From Flaccisagitta enflata (Eukaryota), in assembly GCA_965153355.1 (NCBI GenBank), contig OZ231126.1, positions 6,944,001-7,008,000 of the forward strand: a stretch of DNA of 64,000 nucleotides. The letters are read 5' to 3'. The notes under the pieces were generated by a model. The model had not been told where the DNA came from, did not search any database, and saw nothing but the letters and a program-made list of their open reading frames with translations. Position numbers and translations under genes: made by a program. Shown here piece after piece: positions 62,685 to 64,000 of the stretch (positions are counted from its first letter, which is position 1; each line of letters begins with the position of its first letter).

Positions 62685-62803
62685 TACATAAATACATTCA
62701 TACATACATTCTCTTCCCAAATGGTTTTAAGTGAGAACTATGTTTTTGAAAATGCAAAATTCATACATACATTCTCTTCCCAAATGGTTTTTAGTGAGAA
62801 CTA

Positions 62804-63412
62804 CTATCTTGGTCAAATTAAGAGTCCGCCATGTTTTCTTACATTGAGGCAAGATTATTCAAAAAAACTTACAAAAATCGGTGACCATTAGAAAGCTCTG
62901 CGAAAATGCGATCTAATGCCACCAAGCAGACCTCTGTAGCTCAATTCGTTTAGATTTTACAGCAGAAAAAGTAAAATGATTCATTTTGATTTCTAAGGTG
63001 AAAATCATAGATTTTCATTTTTGAAATTCCAGCAGCTTCATTTGTATATTTTCTATACATAGAAATTATAGAAACATAAGAAAATCGGTGACCGTTATAA
63101 AGAGCTTCAAAAGAGCTTTTATTTGCCACCAAGCAGAACTCATTTGCTCAAATTGTTTAGATTTTATAACAAAATTAGTACAAGCCTCATCATAAAACCA
63201 AAGTGGCAAAAACAGATAAAAGAGATGAGAAACCTGTTACACGCAAATCAGTGATGCTGCAATATGACACCATAAAAAACACTATACAAGCAATATATAG
63301 TTCCAAAACACACTGAAATAAACTTCTGCAATAAGAAACAGATTTTTCTGATCAATATTCAAGATTTAAGAACTAAATTTAATTACGAGGACTCTTATTT
63401 TGACCAAGATAG
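62804..63412 (-). mobile_element. TA-flanked MITE copy B, same family as copy A, opposite orientation
   Basis: TIRs CTATCTTGGTCAAATTAAGAGTCC / GGACTCTTATTTTGACCAAGATAG; the interior is a diverged reverse complement of copy A. Confidence 0.8.
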
Positions 63413-64000
63413 TATGTTTTTGAAAATGCAAAATTCTTCTGCACCGTCTTATAATTTTGACCTCTGGAAAAAGAAAAAAAAGTCAATAAAATTTCACTGA
63501 AAATCTTCATTTTCTTGCCTTTTTCCTTGAGAATTGCAATTTTAAGCATAAAATATGAAACAGACATACATATCAAGTTTAGGTGTGCCAAATAGGGATG
63601 ATGACTGATTTGGACATCATAACATTAACCCAAGATGGGGATTTTGATTTCAAGACAATCACCGTTTTCCTTTTTTCAAAATTCGTTCGGCAACCGTTTT
63701 TTCTTGCGATCGAAATCAAATGATATGTCCGCACTCTTGGTTGCCAAGAAACAGAAAATTAATTTAAAGAAATATCATTCTACAGTTATTGACTTTTGAT
63801 GTGATGGTACTAAGTAGGTTACTGTTCAGTTTTACACCTCATGGTGCCATAGAAATGATTAGAACCCCTCAACAAGCATGGCAAACGAAATAAAGTCAAT
63901 TACATGATTACAACGATATGCAAATTAGGGGCAAAACAGGGGTTTTGAAAAAAATGGAAGATCAGCGAAATATGAAAAAAGAAAAACGGTGAAGGCCCTT

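Overview
Repeat-rich animal (probably invertebrate) genomic DNA with spliceosomal GT-AG introns; the species cannot be identified from the sequence. Three protein-coding loci can be reconstructed. (1) The 3' part of a low-complexity gene on + (about 1-4479). (2) A three-exon type II membrane-anchored trypsin-like serine protease on - (12731-9177), with tandem partial duplications of the exon carrying the catalytic His. (3) The main feature, a Roco-family gene on + (25415-39101, about 2170 aa) with the order polyQ, LRRs, six near-identical 135-nt phase-1/1 two-LRR cassette exons separated by (GAT)n introns, ROC GTPase, COR, a putative HEPN domain (RNFAAH) and ubiquitin-like domain(s). Differences between the cassette exons concentrate at the exposed positions of the LRR beta-strand, which suggests a diversifying immune-type sensor coupled to a candidate RNase effector (inference). 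An in-frame TAG lies early in the last exon and may be a paired homopolymer sequencing error. The rest is DINE-1/Helentron-type short elements, nested MITEs, a FLYWCH-bearing TIR element, an internally deleted RLE-type non-LTR retrotransposon, microsatellites and a roughly 6 kb direct duplication.
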